Both the position numbers and the translations under genes were made by a program. The notes under the pieces were generated by a model. It was not told the origin of the DNA. It saw only the letters and a list, made by a program, of their open reading frames with translations, and made no database searches. A stretch of DNA of 63,481 nt, counting the filler, from an uncultured Methanosarcinales archaeon (lineage in GTDB: Archaea > Nanobdellota > Nanobdellia > Woesearchaeales > CAZOXR01), in assembly GCA_964566535.1 (NCBI GenBank). It is 4 parts of 4 records of this genome, joined end to end, with 100 filler letters (N's around TTAATTAATTAA, not from the genome) between each part and the next. Parts side by side here need not be neighbours in the genome. Positions count along the whole stretch, not along the records: positions 1 to 28,728 come from CAZMIO010000014.1; 3 more parts are not named here. One strand, 5' to 3'. This document shows, in pieces, positions 10,132-20,142 of this stretch. Each line of letters starts with the position of its first letter. Position 1 is the stretch's first letter.

Positions 10132-10134
10132 CTA

Positions 10135-10151
10135 CTTTTTTTAATTTTTTA
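10135..10151 (+). terminator. Oligo-T tract (archaeal-type terminator candidate)
   Basis: T-runs immediately after the stop codon. Confidence 0.35.
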
Positions 10152-10180
10152 ATTTAATATTCAAAACGAGGTATAAAAAA

Positions 10181-11278
10181 ATGAAAAATGAAAAAAATGA
10201 TGAAATAATCGAACAAGAATTAGAACTTCAAGAAGAACAAACTCAAGAAGAAATAACTCAGGAAAAAGAAACCCAAGAAGAAACAACTCCAGAAGAAGAA
10301 ACAACTATTAACGAAGAAGATGTAGAAATAAAAAATCCAGAAAAAGAAAAAGTAGGAATAATAGACTTACCAGGAGTTGGAGCAGCAACAGCTGAAAAGT
10401 TAGAGTCAGTTGGTTACCGTGATTTAATGTCAGTTGCAGTTGCAACACCTGCTGAATTAGTGGATGCTTCTGGAATGTCTGCAGCAGTTGCAAAAAGAAT
10501 GATAGCAGCTGCAAGGGCATCATTAGACATGGACTTCAAATCAGGAGACGAAGTACTAAAAATCAGAGAAACAGTAGAAAAAATATCAACAGGAAGTGAC
10601 TCATTCAACGAACTAGTTGGTGGGGGATTCGAAACAGGAGCAATAACAGAATGTTTTGGAGAATTCGGTTCAGGAAAAACTCAAATAGGACATATTCTGG
10701 CAATCAACGCACAAAAGTTAGATGAGAACGCAGTAGTTGTATACATTGACACTGAAAATACATTCAGGCCAGAAAGAATTCAGCAGCTAGCAGAAGGAGC
10801 AGGATTAGACCCAACAAAAGTACTAAAAAACATCAAAGTAGCAAGAGCATACAATTCTGACCACCAAATGTTAATGGCAGAAAAAGTAGAAGAACTAGTG
10901 ACAAAACAAAACCTTCCTGTAAAGGTAGTTGTAGTAGATTCATTAACAGCTCATTTTAGGGCAGAATTCATTGGACGTGGAACATTAGCTGAAAGACAAC
11001 AAAAACTAAACAGACACATGCATGTATTGCTTAAACTTGCAGACTTGCATAACATATGTGTTTACGTAACAAACCAAGTAATGGCAAAACCAGATATGTT
11101 CTTTGGTGACCCAACACAAGCTATTGGAGGCCATGTTGTTGCCCACGCATCAACTTTTAGAATCTACTTAAGGAAGGGCAAAAAGGGCTCAAGAGTTGCA
11201 AAACTAATTGACGCACCAAATATGCCAGATGGAGAATGTAATTTCTACGTCGAAACAGGGGGTCTAAAAGACGTTTAA
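10181..11278 (+). CDS. radA: DNA repair and recombination protein RadA with an acidic N-terminal extension
   Basis: HhH DLPGVGAATAEKL, Walker A GEFGSGKTQ, YIDTENTFRPER, Walker B VVVDSLTAHFRAEF, RQQKLN. Confidence 0.97.
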   Translation: MKNEKNDEIIEQELELQEEQTQEEITQEKETQEETTPEEETTINEEDVEIKNPEKEKVGIIDLPGVGAATAEKLESVGYRDLMSVAVATPAELVDASGMSAAVAKRMIAAARASLDMDFKSGDEVLKIRETVEKISTGSDSFNELVGGGFETGAITECFGEFGSGKTQIGHILAINAQKLDENAVVVYIDTENTFRPERIQQLAEGAGLDPTKVLKNIKVARAYNSDHQMLMAEKVEELVTKQNLPVKVVVVDSLTAHFRAEFIGRGTLAERQQKLNRHMHVLLKLADLHNICVYVTNQVMAKPDMFFGDPTQAIGGHVVAHASTFRIYLRKGKKGSRVAKLIDAPNMPDGECNFYVETGGLKDV

Positions 11279-11280
11279 TC

Positions 11281-11301
11281 TTATTTTTTTCTTTTTATTT
11301 T
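11281..11301 (+). terminator. Oligo-T terminator candidate after radA
   Basis: TTATTTTTTTCTTTTTATTTT directly after the stop. Confidence 0.45.
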
Positions 11302-11410
11302 AAATCACTATATTTAAATACTAGAACTTTACCCTCCTACGTATAGGAATATATACATTTTAGACTATATATTTCCTGAATAGAAATTAGTTAATAAGGT
11401 GAAATAGAAC

Positions 11411-11785
11411 ATGGATGGAATGAATGATGGTGGTTTCGGACCACAAAGGAGTTTCACAGCCCCAGTTAAGGTTGGAGACGAAATAGACGTAAAAATAGAA
11501 GCTGTCGGCGAAAAAGGCGATGGTATAGCAAAGGAAAAAGGCTTTGTGTTATTTATACCTAACACCAAAGAAGGTGACGAAGTTAAGGTAAAAGTAACTA
11601 AAGTTTTGAGAAGAGTTGGCTTTGCTGAAGTAGTAGGAGAAGCTTCTGGGCAAGTAAAGCAAGAAGAAGCTGCACCTGCGCAAGCAGAACAAGCCCAAGA
11701 ACCTCAGGAAGAGGCCTCTGAAGAACCAGCGGAAGATAATTCCCAAGATTCAGAAGATTTCGGCGAAGAAGAAAATAAAGAATAA
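11411..11785 (+). CDS. Single TRAM-domain RNA-binding protein with an acidic tail
   Basis: APVKVGDEIDVKIEAVGEKGDGIAK..GFVLFIPNT..GDEVKVKVTKV...GFAEVV. Confidence 0.92.
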   Translation: MDGMNDGGFGPQRSFTAPVKVGDEIDVKIEAVGEKGDGIAKEKGFVLFIPNTKEGDEVKVKVTKVLRRVGFAEVVGEASGQVKQEEAAPAQAEQAQEPQEEASEEPAEDNSQDSEDFGEEENKE

Positions 11786-12081
11786 ATAGGTTTTTTCTTA
11801 TTTTATTTATTTTTCTAGCTAATTTGATATAGTTTTTGCTCTACTATTAACAACCTCCTTCTATTACAAAAGTGCAAGGGTGTGGGGAACATCTAGAAGA
11901 AGTGATCAAGAGCAAAAAGCGTCTATTCCCCCTATTTAATCAAAGTCAAATGATCCTAAATAAAACCACCACATTTATAAACCACTAAACACTCCCTTTC
12001 CTTATTGCCTAAATTATAGGGTGGCTATACCCCATAAAAAAAGCTGCATGAGGCTATAAAAATTGCAGCGGAGATAATAAA

Positions 12082-12684
12082 ATGACAGAAGAAGAACAAT
12101 TTTTAGTTCCGCAGGACACGTACTTAAAGTCAGGTATACACATAGGTACAAAATTCAGAACAAAATACATGGAGCAATTCATATACAAAACAAGACCAGA
12201 TGGTCTGTCTGTACTAAACCTACAAAAAATAAACGAAAGAATCAGAGTAGCAGGAACTTTCTTATCACAATATGCACCAGAAGATTTGCTAATAGTTAGC
12301 AGAAGAGAAAACGGCTGGAAAGCAGTAAAGATGTTTGGAAAATTAACTGGCGCAAAAGTATTCGCTGGAAGATACCCTCCAGGAATGTTAACTAATCCTC
12401 AATTGGATATTTACAGAGAAGCAAAAATAGTATTAGTTACAGACTCATGGCCAGACAGAAACGCAATAATTGACGCAGTTAAAGTTGGAATCCCGGTAAT
12501 ATCACTGTGCGATACAAACAACCAGTCAAATAACATCGACTTAGTCATACCTTGCAACAATAAGGGAAAAAAGTCACTAGGGCTATTCTTCTGGATCTTA
12601 ACAAGAGAATACATGAGAAACAGGGGACTAATCAGTGATAATAGTGAATTCAAAGATTCTGTAGATGACTTTACAGAAGAGTAG
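12082..12684 (+). CDS. rps2: 30S ribosomal protein S2 (archaeal type)
   Basis: YLKSGIHIGTK, RPDGLSVL, GRYPPGMLTNP, IPVISLCDTNN, IPCNNKGKKSL. Confidence 0.97.
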   Translation: MTEEEQFLVPQDTYLKSGIHIGTKFRTKYMEQFIYKTRPDGLSVLNLQKINERIRVAGTFLSQYAPEDLLIVSRRENGWKAVKMFGKLTGAKVFAGRYPPGMLTNPQLDIYREAKIVLVTDSWPDRNAIIDAVKVGIPVISLCDTNNQSNNIDLVIPCNNKGKKSLGLFFWILTREYMRNRGLISDNSEFKDSVDDFTEE

Positions 12685-12695
12685 AAATATTAAAA

Positions 12696-12752
12696 TGTCA
12701 GAAATATAGGGTATTTCTGAGCATGCTCAAAAACCACCAATGGTTTTTGACA
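12696..12752. repeat. Double-hairpin palindromic element between convergent rps2 and gpsA
   Basis: TG-[TCAGAAATA/TATTTCTGA]-GCATGC-[TCAAAAACCA/TGGTTTTTGA]-CA. Confidence 0.75.
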
Positions 12753-12796
12753 GATTTTTACTCCAGAAAATGGACAATTCATTTTCGCAGAATAAA

Positions 12797-13780
12797 CTAA
12801 ATCAATTCAAGCAAATCTTTTATTGCTTCTTTTAAATTTTTATTTTCATAAAGAACTTTGTACACTTGTGTAGTCAACGGCAAATCTATTCCTTTCTCTT
12901 TACCAAACTCATAAACTGCTTTTGTAGCCTTTACTCCTTCTGCTACCATTCCATGCATCTCTTCCTTAATCTCATCAAACGATTTTCCTTCAGCTAATTT
13001 CTCACCAACAAATCTATTACGGCTGTGTTTAGATGTACACGTAGCAACCAAATCCCCAACACCAGCCAAACCATAACAAGTTGCCCTCTTAGCTCCAAAC
13101 TCCCTTCCAAACTTATTCATCTCAGTAAGTCCAAGTGTGATTATACTGCCCTTAGCATTATCACCTAATCCAAGACCATCACAAATACCTGTTACAATTG
13201 CAGTAATATTCTTCAAAGCTCCACACACCTCAACCCCCACTACATCATCATGAGGATAAACCTTAAAGTAATCAGTAGATAGAATTTCCTTAACCTTCTT
13301 TAAACAAGCCTTATCCTTAGATGCAACAACAGTTGCAGTTGGAATTTTCCTGCTAACTTCTTCAGCATGATTAGGACCAGACAATGCAACTATCTTAACA
13401 AAATCAGGCAACTCATCTTCTAAAATCTGAGACATAGTTTTATACGTTCCAGCCTCAATACCTTTGGCAACATCAACAACAATTACTCCCTCAGACAAAT
13501 ATGGGGAAACTTGCTTAGCAACATCTCGTAAAAACTGAGAAGGAACTGACATGATAACAAGCTCAGCTCCGAAAACAGCGTCCCTTAGGTCATTAACAGC
13601 TTTAACATTTGAAGGAATTTTCACTCCTTTCAAAAACCGTTTATTCTCTCTTTCTTTCTCAATCTCAGAAACTAATTCTTTCTCCCTAACCCATAAATTA
13701 ACATCATATCCTTTCCCACCTAGCAATACAGCTAGTGTAGTTCCCCATGATCCTGCCCCAACAACACTTATTTTTTTCAT
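12797..13780 (-). CDS. gpsA: NAD(P)H-dependent glycerol-3-phosphate dehydrogenase
   Basis: GAGSWGT, VAKGIE, LSGPNHAEEV, GALKN, GLAGVGDLVATCTSKHSRNR, VAEGV. Start taken as ATG 13780. Confidence 0.97.
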   Translation of the reverse strand: MKKISVVGAGSWGTTLAVLLGGKGYDVNLWVREKELVSEIEKERENKRFLKGVKIPSNVKAVNDLRDAVFGAELVIMSVPSQFLRDVAKQVSPYLSEGVIVVDVAKGIEAGTYKTMSQILEDELPDFVKIVALSGPNHAEEVSRKIPTATVVASKDKACLKKVKEILSTDYFKVYPHDDVVGVEVCGALKNITAIVTGICDGLGLGDNAKGSIITLGLTEMNKFGREFGAKRATCYGLAGVGDLVATCTSKHSRNRFVGEKLAEGKSFDEIKEEMHGMVAEGVKATKAVYEFGKEKGIDLPLTTQVYKVLYENKNLKEAIKDLLELI

Positions 13781-13781
13781 C

Positions 13782-14414
13782 TTAATCAAACCCATAATCT
13801 TGCCCTACCAATCCACCTACCTCTTTCATAATCTCGTTAGTAATTCTCCTAAGCACATCTCTATCATTCTCTTTACCATAATACTTGTCAAATGACATTA
13901 ACTTTCCAATCTTAACCTTAGCCTTACTTAACTTAGGAATGGTCTTTCCCTTGGGCAACATATCAAAAGTTCCAATTAAACCAACAGGCAATACTGGAAC
14001 CTTAGCCCTAAGTGCCAGCCTTGCAACTCCTGTCTTCCCTCTTTGTAATTTCCCATCCAATGTCCTAGTCCCTTCAGGATATATCCCCATAATCTTTCCC
14101 TTCTTAAGATACTCAACACCAATATCTAATGACGCCTCACCACCACTTTCTCTATCAAGAGGAATAGCACCAACATATTTGTGCCATACTCGTTGATACA
14201 AACTATCAAAATGTTCTTTTTTTGCTAAAAAATGTAATTTTTGATCATAATGGGGAACTATTACAGTAGACAAAATCAAATGGTCCATATAGCTTCCATG
14301 GTTTGATGCAACAATAAACCCCCCTTCCTTAGGCAAATTCTCAAAACCCTCTACTTCCCCCATATAGAACCTTATTAAAGGAATTATGGTTCTTTTTAAT
14401 ATTGGGTATACCAT
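13782..14414 (-). CDS. plsC: Lysophospholipid/glycerol-3-phosphate acyltransferase (PlsC family), copy 1
   Basis: NHGSYMD (HX4D), FLAKKE, YPEGTR, GVARLAL, PVLPVG. Confidence 0.93.
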   Translation of the reverse strand: MVYPILKRTIIPLIRFYMGEVEGFENLPKEGGFIVASNHGSYMDHLILSTVIVPHYDQKLHFLAKKEHFDSLYQRVWHKYVGAIPLDRESGGEASLDIGVEYLKKGKIMGIYPEGTRTLDGKLQRGKTGVARLALRAKVPVLPVGLIGTFDMLPKGKTIPKLSKAKVKIGKLMSFDKYYGKENDRDVLRRITNEIMKEVGGLVGQDYGFD

Positions 14415-14415
14415 T

Positions 14416-15066
14416 TTAATATCGATACTCCTTACCACTTAATCTGCCAATCTCTTTCATTATTTTAGTCGTAACCTCTATTAAAACCTTTTTATTATTC
14501 TCCTGACCATAATATTTATCAAAAAACACTGGCTCCCCAATATTTACAGAGCACCTCTTAAACTTTATGAACTTCGATCCCTTAGGCATAATCTCATAAC
14601 TCCCCACTATCCCTATAGGTACAACTGGAGTCTTTGCTGTTAAAGCTAACCTAGCAGTCCCGACCTTTGCTTTTTGCAACTCACCATCCGAACTTCTATG
14701 CCCTTCAGGAAATATTGCAATAAGTTCTTTGTCTCGTAGAAGCTTCAGAGACATATCAAATACATTATCATTCACTTTTTTAGATTCATCATTTCTCTGA
14801 CCAACCCTAACAGGTATACATCTCCCATTTTCCAAAAACTTTCTCAAAAAGAAATTCTTATAAAACCCATCATTACAGTAAGTATACAAATATCTGTTCA
14901 AATAAGTAATTACAACAGCAGGCATTATTAGATCATCAGCAAAACTGTTATGATTACACGCAACAATGAACGGATTTGTCTTTTTTAGATTATCTAATCC
15001 CTTTACTTCCTTAACCCACAACTTAGCTAAAGAAAACAACGTTCGACTCATAATTGGGTGCGCCAT
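14416..15066 (-). CDS. plsC: Lysophospholipid/glycerol-3-phosphate acyltransferase (PlsC family), copy 2
   Basis: NHNSFAD (HX4D), FPEGHRS, GTARLAL, PVVPIG. Alternative GTG start at 15081. Confidence 0.9.
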   Translation of the reverse strand: MAHPIMSRTLFSLAKLWVKEVKGLDNLKKTNPFIVACNHNSFADDLIMPAVVITYLNRYLYTYCNDGFYKNFFLRKFLENGRCIPVRVGQRNDESKKVNDNVFDMSLKLLRDKELIAIFPEGHRSSDGELQKAKVGTARLALTAKTPVVPIGIVGSYEIMPKGSKFIKFKRCSVNIGEPVFFDKYYGQENNKKVLIEVTTKIMKEIGRLSGKEYRY

Positions 15067-15077
15067 GTTATCCACTA

Positions 15078-16259
15078 TCACCCAGAAGAATTTAAAGGTT
15101 TCTCTGTTTTTATCTCTTTAATCAAAGCAGGAATTACTTCTTTTACATCACCCACAATGCCATAATCTGCTATCTTAAATATCTCAGCACCAGCATCTTT
15201 ATTTATCGCAATAATCATATCTGAATTCTCCATTCCAACTCTATGTTGTATCGCTCCAGATATTCCACATGCAATATACAGCTTAGGCCTTACAGTCTTC
15301 CCAGTCTGCCCAACCTGATGATCCTTCTTGATCCAACCATTATCTACAACCCCTCTTGAAGCTCCAACTTCGGCCCCAATCAGATCAGCCAACTCCTTAA
15401 GCATATCAACACTCTCTTTCTGACATAATCCTCTCCCACCAGCAATAATTATTCCAGCTTCCTCAAGATTAACATTCTTCTTAGCAGACTTTAAAATCTC
15501 AATAACCTTAACTCTGGAATCGACAACATCAGCTTTTACTTTAACAGTCTCCCCATCCCTACCACTGTCCTTATCCAGCATCTTCATTACACCGGGCCTT
15601 ACAGTAGACATTTGAGGCATTGTTTTACATCTAATCTGTGCCATAATATTTCCACCAAAAGCAGGTCTTGTTTGTATCAATGTGTCATCAGTATCAATAT
15701 CAAGTCCAGTACAGTCAGCCGTTAGTCCAGTACTAGTCCGTTGAGCAATCCTTGGACCTAAATCCCTTCCAATATGTGTAGCTCCGTAAAGAACTATCTG
15801 TGGCCCATATTCATTAATCAAATCAGATATTACTTTAGTATAACTTTCAGTCAAATAACTTCCTAACTTTTCATCCTCAACAACATAAACTTTATCAGCA
15901 CCATGAGCAATTAACCCTTTACTCTTCCCAGAATCAGAAGAACATAAAAGAACAGCAGCTACCTTAACACTAAGCTTCCCAGCAAGATCTCTAGCAGCCC
16001 CTAGTAACTCATAAACAACTCTTGAAATCTTATTATTCCTCTGCTCAGCAAAAACCCAAATCTCTTTCCCTTCCTTAACTTCCTCACTCTTCTCTCCACC
16101 ACTTTCTTCCTTAACTTCTTCAACATGACCAAGAGACATAGCTTGACTTAACTCATAAGATGAAGAAACATCCAAAACATCTCCCTTACGAAGGACATTC
16201 CCCATTCCTAAATCTATCTGAACCCCTGAGTAACTTTCAACTAACTTTACCTTTACCAT
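15078..16259 (-). CDS. etfA: Electron transfer flavoprotein alpha subunit with an N-terminal extension
   Basis: IWVFAEQR, TGLTADCT, QTRPAFGGN, GGRG, QVGQTGKTVRPKLYIACGISGAIQH. Confidence 0.96.
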   Translation of the reverse strand: MVKVKLVESYSGVQIDLGMGNVLRKGDVLDVSSSYELSQAMSLGHVEEVKEESGGEKSEEVKEGKEIWVFAEQRNNKISRVVYELLGAARDLAGKLSVKVAAVLLCSSDSGKSKGLIAHGADKVYVVEDEKLGSYLTESYTKVISDLINEYGPQIVLYGATHIGRDLGPRIAQRTSTGLTADCTGLDIDTDDTLIQTRPAFGGNIMAQIRCKTMPQMSTVRPGVMKMLDKDSGRDGETVKVKADVVDSRVKVIEILKSAKKNVNLEEAGIIIAGGRGLCQKESVDMLKELADLIGAEVGASRGVVDNGWIKKDHQVGQTGKTVRPKLYIACGISGAIQHRVGMENSDMIIAINKDAGAEIFKIADYGIVGDVKEVIPALIKEIKTEKPLNSSG

Positions 16260-16260
16260 T

Positions 16261-17046
16261 TTAATCCTTTATTATCTCCTTTTCCTTCAACATCCCTATA
16301 ACTTCTCCAGCAATCTTCTGAACAGAACCCTCTAACATTTTACCCTGGCCCTTGGCCTCTGGAGCAAATACCTTCTTAACAATTGTCGGACTACTCAATA
16401 AGCCCATCTTCTCTTTCTCAACCTTAATGTCTTCATTTGTCATTACCTTAACTTCCTTTTTATTGTAAGCATCAGAAATACCTTGTAAACTTGGATAAGT
16501 ATTCTCATCAGATATATCCATAACAGTAATCAAAGCAGGCATCTCAACTTCTACAACTTCAATGCCATCTTCTGTCTCCCTCTCAGCCCTAACCTTACCA
16601 TCATTAACTTCAACTTTCTGAACATATGTAACTTGGGGAATTCCCAAATTCTCAGCCAACTGTGGACCAACTTGTGCAGTATCTCCATCAATAGCCTGCC
16701 TCCCACATAATATCAAATCATATTCACCAACTTTCTTCAAACAAGCAGACAAAACATTTGCAGTAGCCCAAGTATCAGAACCAGCAAATGCCCTATCAGT
16801 AAAAAGTATAGCATCATCAGCACCTAATGCAAGTGCCTCACGTAGCGCATCTTCAGCTTGTGGAGGACCCATAGTAATAACAGTAATCTTATTCTCTCCC
16901 TTAAGCTTAACAGCAGTATGAATAGCTTGCTTATCATCAGGATTAATAATAGCGGGAACCCCTTCCCTTTTCATTGTACCAGTCTTAGGATCTATTTTTA
17001 CATCAGTAGTATCCGGCACCTGTTTAATGCATACAATTATTCTCAT
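16261..17046 (-). CDS. etfB: Electron transfer flavoprotein beta subunit (clostridial/bifurcating-like)
   Basis: CIKQVPD, REGVPAIINPDD, MGPPQA, FAGSDTWAT, GRQAIDGDTAQVGP. Confidence 0.96.
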   Translation of the reverse strand: MRIIVCIKQVPDTTDVKIDPKTGTMKREGVPAIINPDDKQAIHTAVKLKGENKITVITMGPPQAEDALREALALGADDAILFTDRAFAGSDTWATANVLSACLKKVGEYDLILCGRQAIDGDTAQVGPQLAENLGIPQVTYVQKVEVNDGKVRAERETEDGIEVVEVEMPALITVMDISDENTYPSLQGISDAYNKKEVKVMTNEDIKVEKEKMGLLSSPTIVKKVFAPEAKGQGKMLEGSVQKIAGEVIGMLKEKEIIKD

Positions 17047-17047
17047 C

Positions 17048-18202
17048 TCAAAAACCCCTCCCTAATAACTCAGCAGCAATAACCATCCTCTGAATCTCAG
17101 AAGTACCTTCATAAATCTCAGTAATCTTAGCATCCCTATAAAACCGTTCAAGTGGATAATCCTTCATATAACCATAACCACCATGTATCTGTATGGCCTT
17201 CCTAGTAACTTCCATAGCAACCTCAGCGCCATACAACTTAGCCATAGCAGCTTCCCTTACATACCTCTTACCTAAATCCTTAACATGCGCTGCCCTCAAA
17301 CAAAGTAACCTAGCAGCATCAATCTGAGTAGCCATATCAGCTAACATAAATTGTAAAGCTTGAAACTTATGCAATTTCCTGCCAAACTGTTCCCTTTCCT
17401 GAACATACTTCAATGATTCATCAAAAGCAGCCTGTGCAATTCCAACACCTTGAACTCCAATTCCAATTCTACCAGAATTAAAAACCCCCATTGAAATCTT
17501 AAAACCCTCTCCTTCAGCACCACCAATTAAGTTCTCCTTAGGAACTCTCATATCCTGAAATATTAACTCTTGAGTATTAGAACCTCTTAAACCTAATTTA
17601 TCCTCTTTCTTACCTAAACTAAAACCTTTCAATCCTTTTGTCTCTAAAGCAAATATTGAAAGTCCTTTGTGTCTCTGAGATTTATCAGTTGTAGTAACAA
17701 TCAAAACAACATCTGCCTTACCGCCAGATGTAATAAAACACTTACTTCCATTGATGATATACTCATCACCGTCCTTTACCGCAGTAGTCTGAACATTAAC
17801 AGCATCAGAACCAGCAGCAGGTTCAGTCAAAGCAAAAGCACCTAAATATTCGCCAGTAGCCATCTTTGTCAGAATCCTTTCCTTCTGGTCCTCGGTTCCG
17901 TGATTTATCAAAGGAAAGCACGTAAGAGAAGTATGGGCTCCCATGGTAACTGCAGTAGCATTACAAGCCTTAGACACTTCTTCCATGATGATTGTTTGAG
18001 AAACATTGTCTAACTCCGCCCCACCATACTTTCTAGGTATTGACATACCCATCATACCTAATTTACCAAGAACCTTTATCTGTTCTTCAGGAAACTTGCT
18101 TTCAGCATCAGATTCAGCAGCATATGGCTTTATCTCTTTGAGGGCAACATCCCTAATCATCTTCTGTACAAGTTCTTGCTCTTTAGTCAATGAAAAATTC
18201 AT
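17048..18202 (-). CDS. bcd: Acyl-CoA dehydrogenase (butyryl-CoA dehydrogenase-like)
   Basis: [39 protein letters not shown], catalytic [10 protein letters not shown]. Start taken as ATG 18202. Confidence 0.93.
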   Translation of the reverse strand: MNFSLTKEQELVQKMIRDVALKEIKPYAAESDAESKFPEEQIKVLGKLGMMGMSIPRKYGGAELDNVSQTIIMEEVSKACNATAVTMGAHTSLTCFPLINHGTEDQKERILTKMATGEYLGAFALTEPAAGSDAVNVQTTAVKDGDEYIINGSKCFITSGGKADVVLIVTTTDKSQRHKGLSIFALETKGLKGFSLGKKEDKLGLRGSNTQELIFQDMRVPKENLIGGAEGEGFKISMGVFNSGRIGIGVQGVGIAQAAFDESLKYVQEREQFGRKLHKFQALQFMLADMATQIDAARLLCLRAAHVKDLGKRYVREAAMAKLYGAEVAMEVTRKAIQIHGGYGYMKDYPLERFYRDAKITEIYEGTSEIQRMVIAAELLGRGF

Positions 18203-18203
18203 C

Positions 18204-18956
18204 TTAGAAAGTAATTCCTCCATCAACCCTGATAACTTGCCCAGAAATATACTTCGCCTTATCAGATGCTAAGAACACAATAGCATTAGCAACATCCTCT
18301 ACTTGACCAAGCTCATTCAATGGAATCAATCCCATTATCTGCTCAAGCATCATAACTGGAATCTTATCAGTCATTGCACTTTTAATAAATCCAGGTGCAA
18401 TAGCATTCACAGTAATCTTCATCTTACCGACTTCCTTTGCAAGTGACTTAGTAAACCCAATAACTCCTGCCTTTGTAGACGCATAATTTGTCTGACCAAA
18501 GTTACCAGAAATTCCAGAAACTGAAGATAAACTAATTATCCTCCCACCTTCTGGAATAAGCCCAAGCGCATTATGTGTAACATTATACATTGAAGTCAAG
18601 TTAACGTTAATAACAGCATTCCATTCTTCCGGCGTCATTTTCTTAAGTGTCCTATCTTTTGTAATTCCGGCATTATTAACCAAGATGTCTATCTTCTCAA
18701 ACTTTCCCTTAATCTCATCCATCATCTTCTTAACGTCATCAAAATTAGAAACATCTGCAGTTATAGCAATAGCCTCAACACCCAAAGCCGTAATCTCTTC
18801 AACTGTCTTTTCAGCCTCATTCTTAGACGGATCAATATCATTAACAACAATATTGCAGCCATTCTTAGCTAACTCTAAAGCAATAGCTTTACCAATACCT
18901 CTAGATGAACCTGTTATCAATGCAACCTTTCCTTTTAATCCTAAATCCATTTTCAT
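18204..18956 (-). CDS. fabG: 3-oxoacyl-thioester reductase (FabG/PhaB-type SDR)
   Basis: [28 protein letters not shown] (YxxxK), NAIAPGFI. Confidence 0.92.
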   Translation of the reverse strand: MKMDLGLKGKVALITGSSRGIGKAIALELAKNGCNIVVNDIDPSKNEAEKTVEEITALGVEAIAITADVSNFDDVKKMMDEIKGKFEKIDILVNNAGITKDRTLKKMTPEEWNAVINVNLTSMYNVTHNALGLIPEGGRIISLSSVSGISGNFGQTNYASTKAGVIGFTKSLAKEVGKMKITVNAIAPGFIKSAMTDKIPVMMLEQIMGLIPLNELGQVEDVANAIVFLASDKAKYISGQVIRVDGGITF

Positions 18957-19005
18957 TCCCCCCTCGATAGTTCGAGTAACTAATATTCTTTTTAATATTT
19001 TTTCA

Positions 19006-20142
19006 TTAAACCTTCTTCAAAATATGACAAACAGTAGTACCTCCAGCACCACCAATATTATGAGCCAAAGCATTATTGACATTAGAAAGCTGCCTATCCC
19101 CAGCCTCTCCTCTCATTTGCTTAACTATTTCATAAATCATCCCGAGTCCAGTAGCAGAAACAGGATGACCTTTAGCCTTAAGCCCACCAGAAACATTCAC
19201 CGGCATCTTACCATCCATTTTAAACCTACCATCTCTAATGGCCTTGTATGCCTCACCTTTCTTACAAAACCCTAAGTCCTCATAAGCAAGAAGCTCAACA
19301 ATTGTAAAAGCATCGTGCAACTCAGCAAAATCAATATCTCCCCTATCAAGCCCTGCCTGTTTAAACACTTCATTACCTGTAGTTACAGTCCCGTCCCATT
19401 TAGTTAAATCTTCTCTCTCAAAAGGGGACATATAATCGGCACTCAACGAAGAACCCTTAATTTCAACATCAGTCTTATCCTTAGTCAAAACAACAGCACT
19501 AGCTCCATCAACAGTTATACTACAGTCAAACAGCCTCAAAGGAGACGTAACAACAGGAGAATTCTTTATCTTATCCAAACTAACTTTTTTCCCATAAAAG
19601 TAAGCATTAGGGTTTAAATATCCATTCTCATGATTCTTGTGAGCAATCATTGCCAAATCATCCATATTAGTTTCTGGAAATTTATTCAAATAAGATTGAG
19701 CAACTAAAGCATTCTCAGCTGGGAAGATAATTCCTTCCATCTGCTCCCACTTAGATTCAGCAGCCATCATAAACTCACTAGTAACCTGATCTGAATTATT
19801 AGTATGTCCGTGCAATTTCTCAACACCAACAACTAAAACATTATCAAAACCCAGCCTATTAGCAGTCCACAAAGCAGAACCTCCACTAGCACAGGCAGCA
19901 GGAGACTTAATTATTGGAATATTTGTCTTCAAAATACCAGACAACATTGAAGCAAAATGCCTTTGAAACTCACCATTATAAAACCAATCCAAAGTAGAAC
20001 AAACAACTGCATCTATTTTACTCATATTTGTATCAGCATCTTTAAGAGCATTAACGATAGCATCATAAGCTAAGAACTGACTTCTCCTATCATGAATCCT
20101 GTACGGAATACATCCAACTCCTTTGATAAACATCCTACTCAC
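19006..20142 (-). CDS. Archaeal/SCP2-type thiolase (acetyl-CoA acyltransferase), copy 1
   Basis: AACASGG (nucleophilic Cys), PLRLFDCS, ELHDAFT, NVSGGLKAKGHPVSATG, HNIGG. Confidence 0.92.
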   Translation of the reverse strand: MSRMFIKGVGCIPYRIHDRRSQFLAYDAIVNALKDADTNMSKIDAVVCSTLDWFYNGEFQRHFASMLSGILKTNIPIIKSPAACASGGSALWTANRLGFDNVLVVGVEKLHGHTNNSDQVTSEFMMAAESKWEQMEGIIFPAENALVAQSYLNKFPETNMDDLAMIAHKNHENGYLNPNAYFYGKKVSLDKIKNSPVVTSPLRLFDCSITVDGASAVVLTKDKTDVEIKGSSLSADYMSPFEREDLTKWDGTVTTGNEVFKQAGLDRGDIDFAELHDAFTIVELLAYEDLGFCKKGEAYKAIRDGRFKMDGKMPVNVSGGLKAKGHPVSATGLGMIYEIVKQMRGEAGDRQLSNVNNALAHNIGGAGGTTVCHILKKV

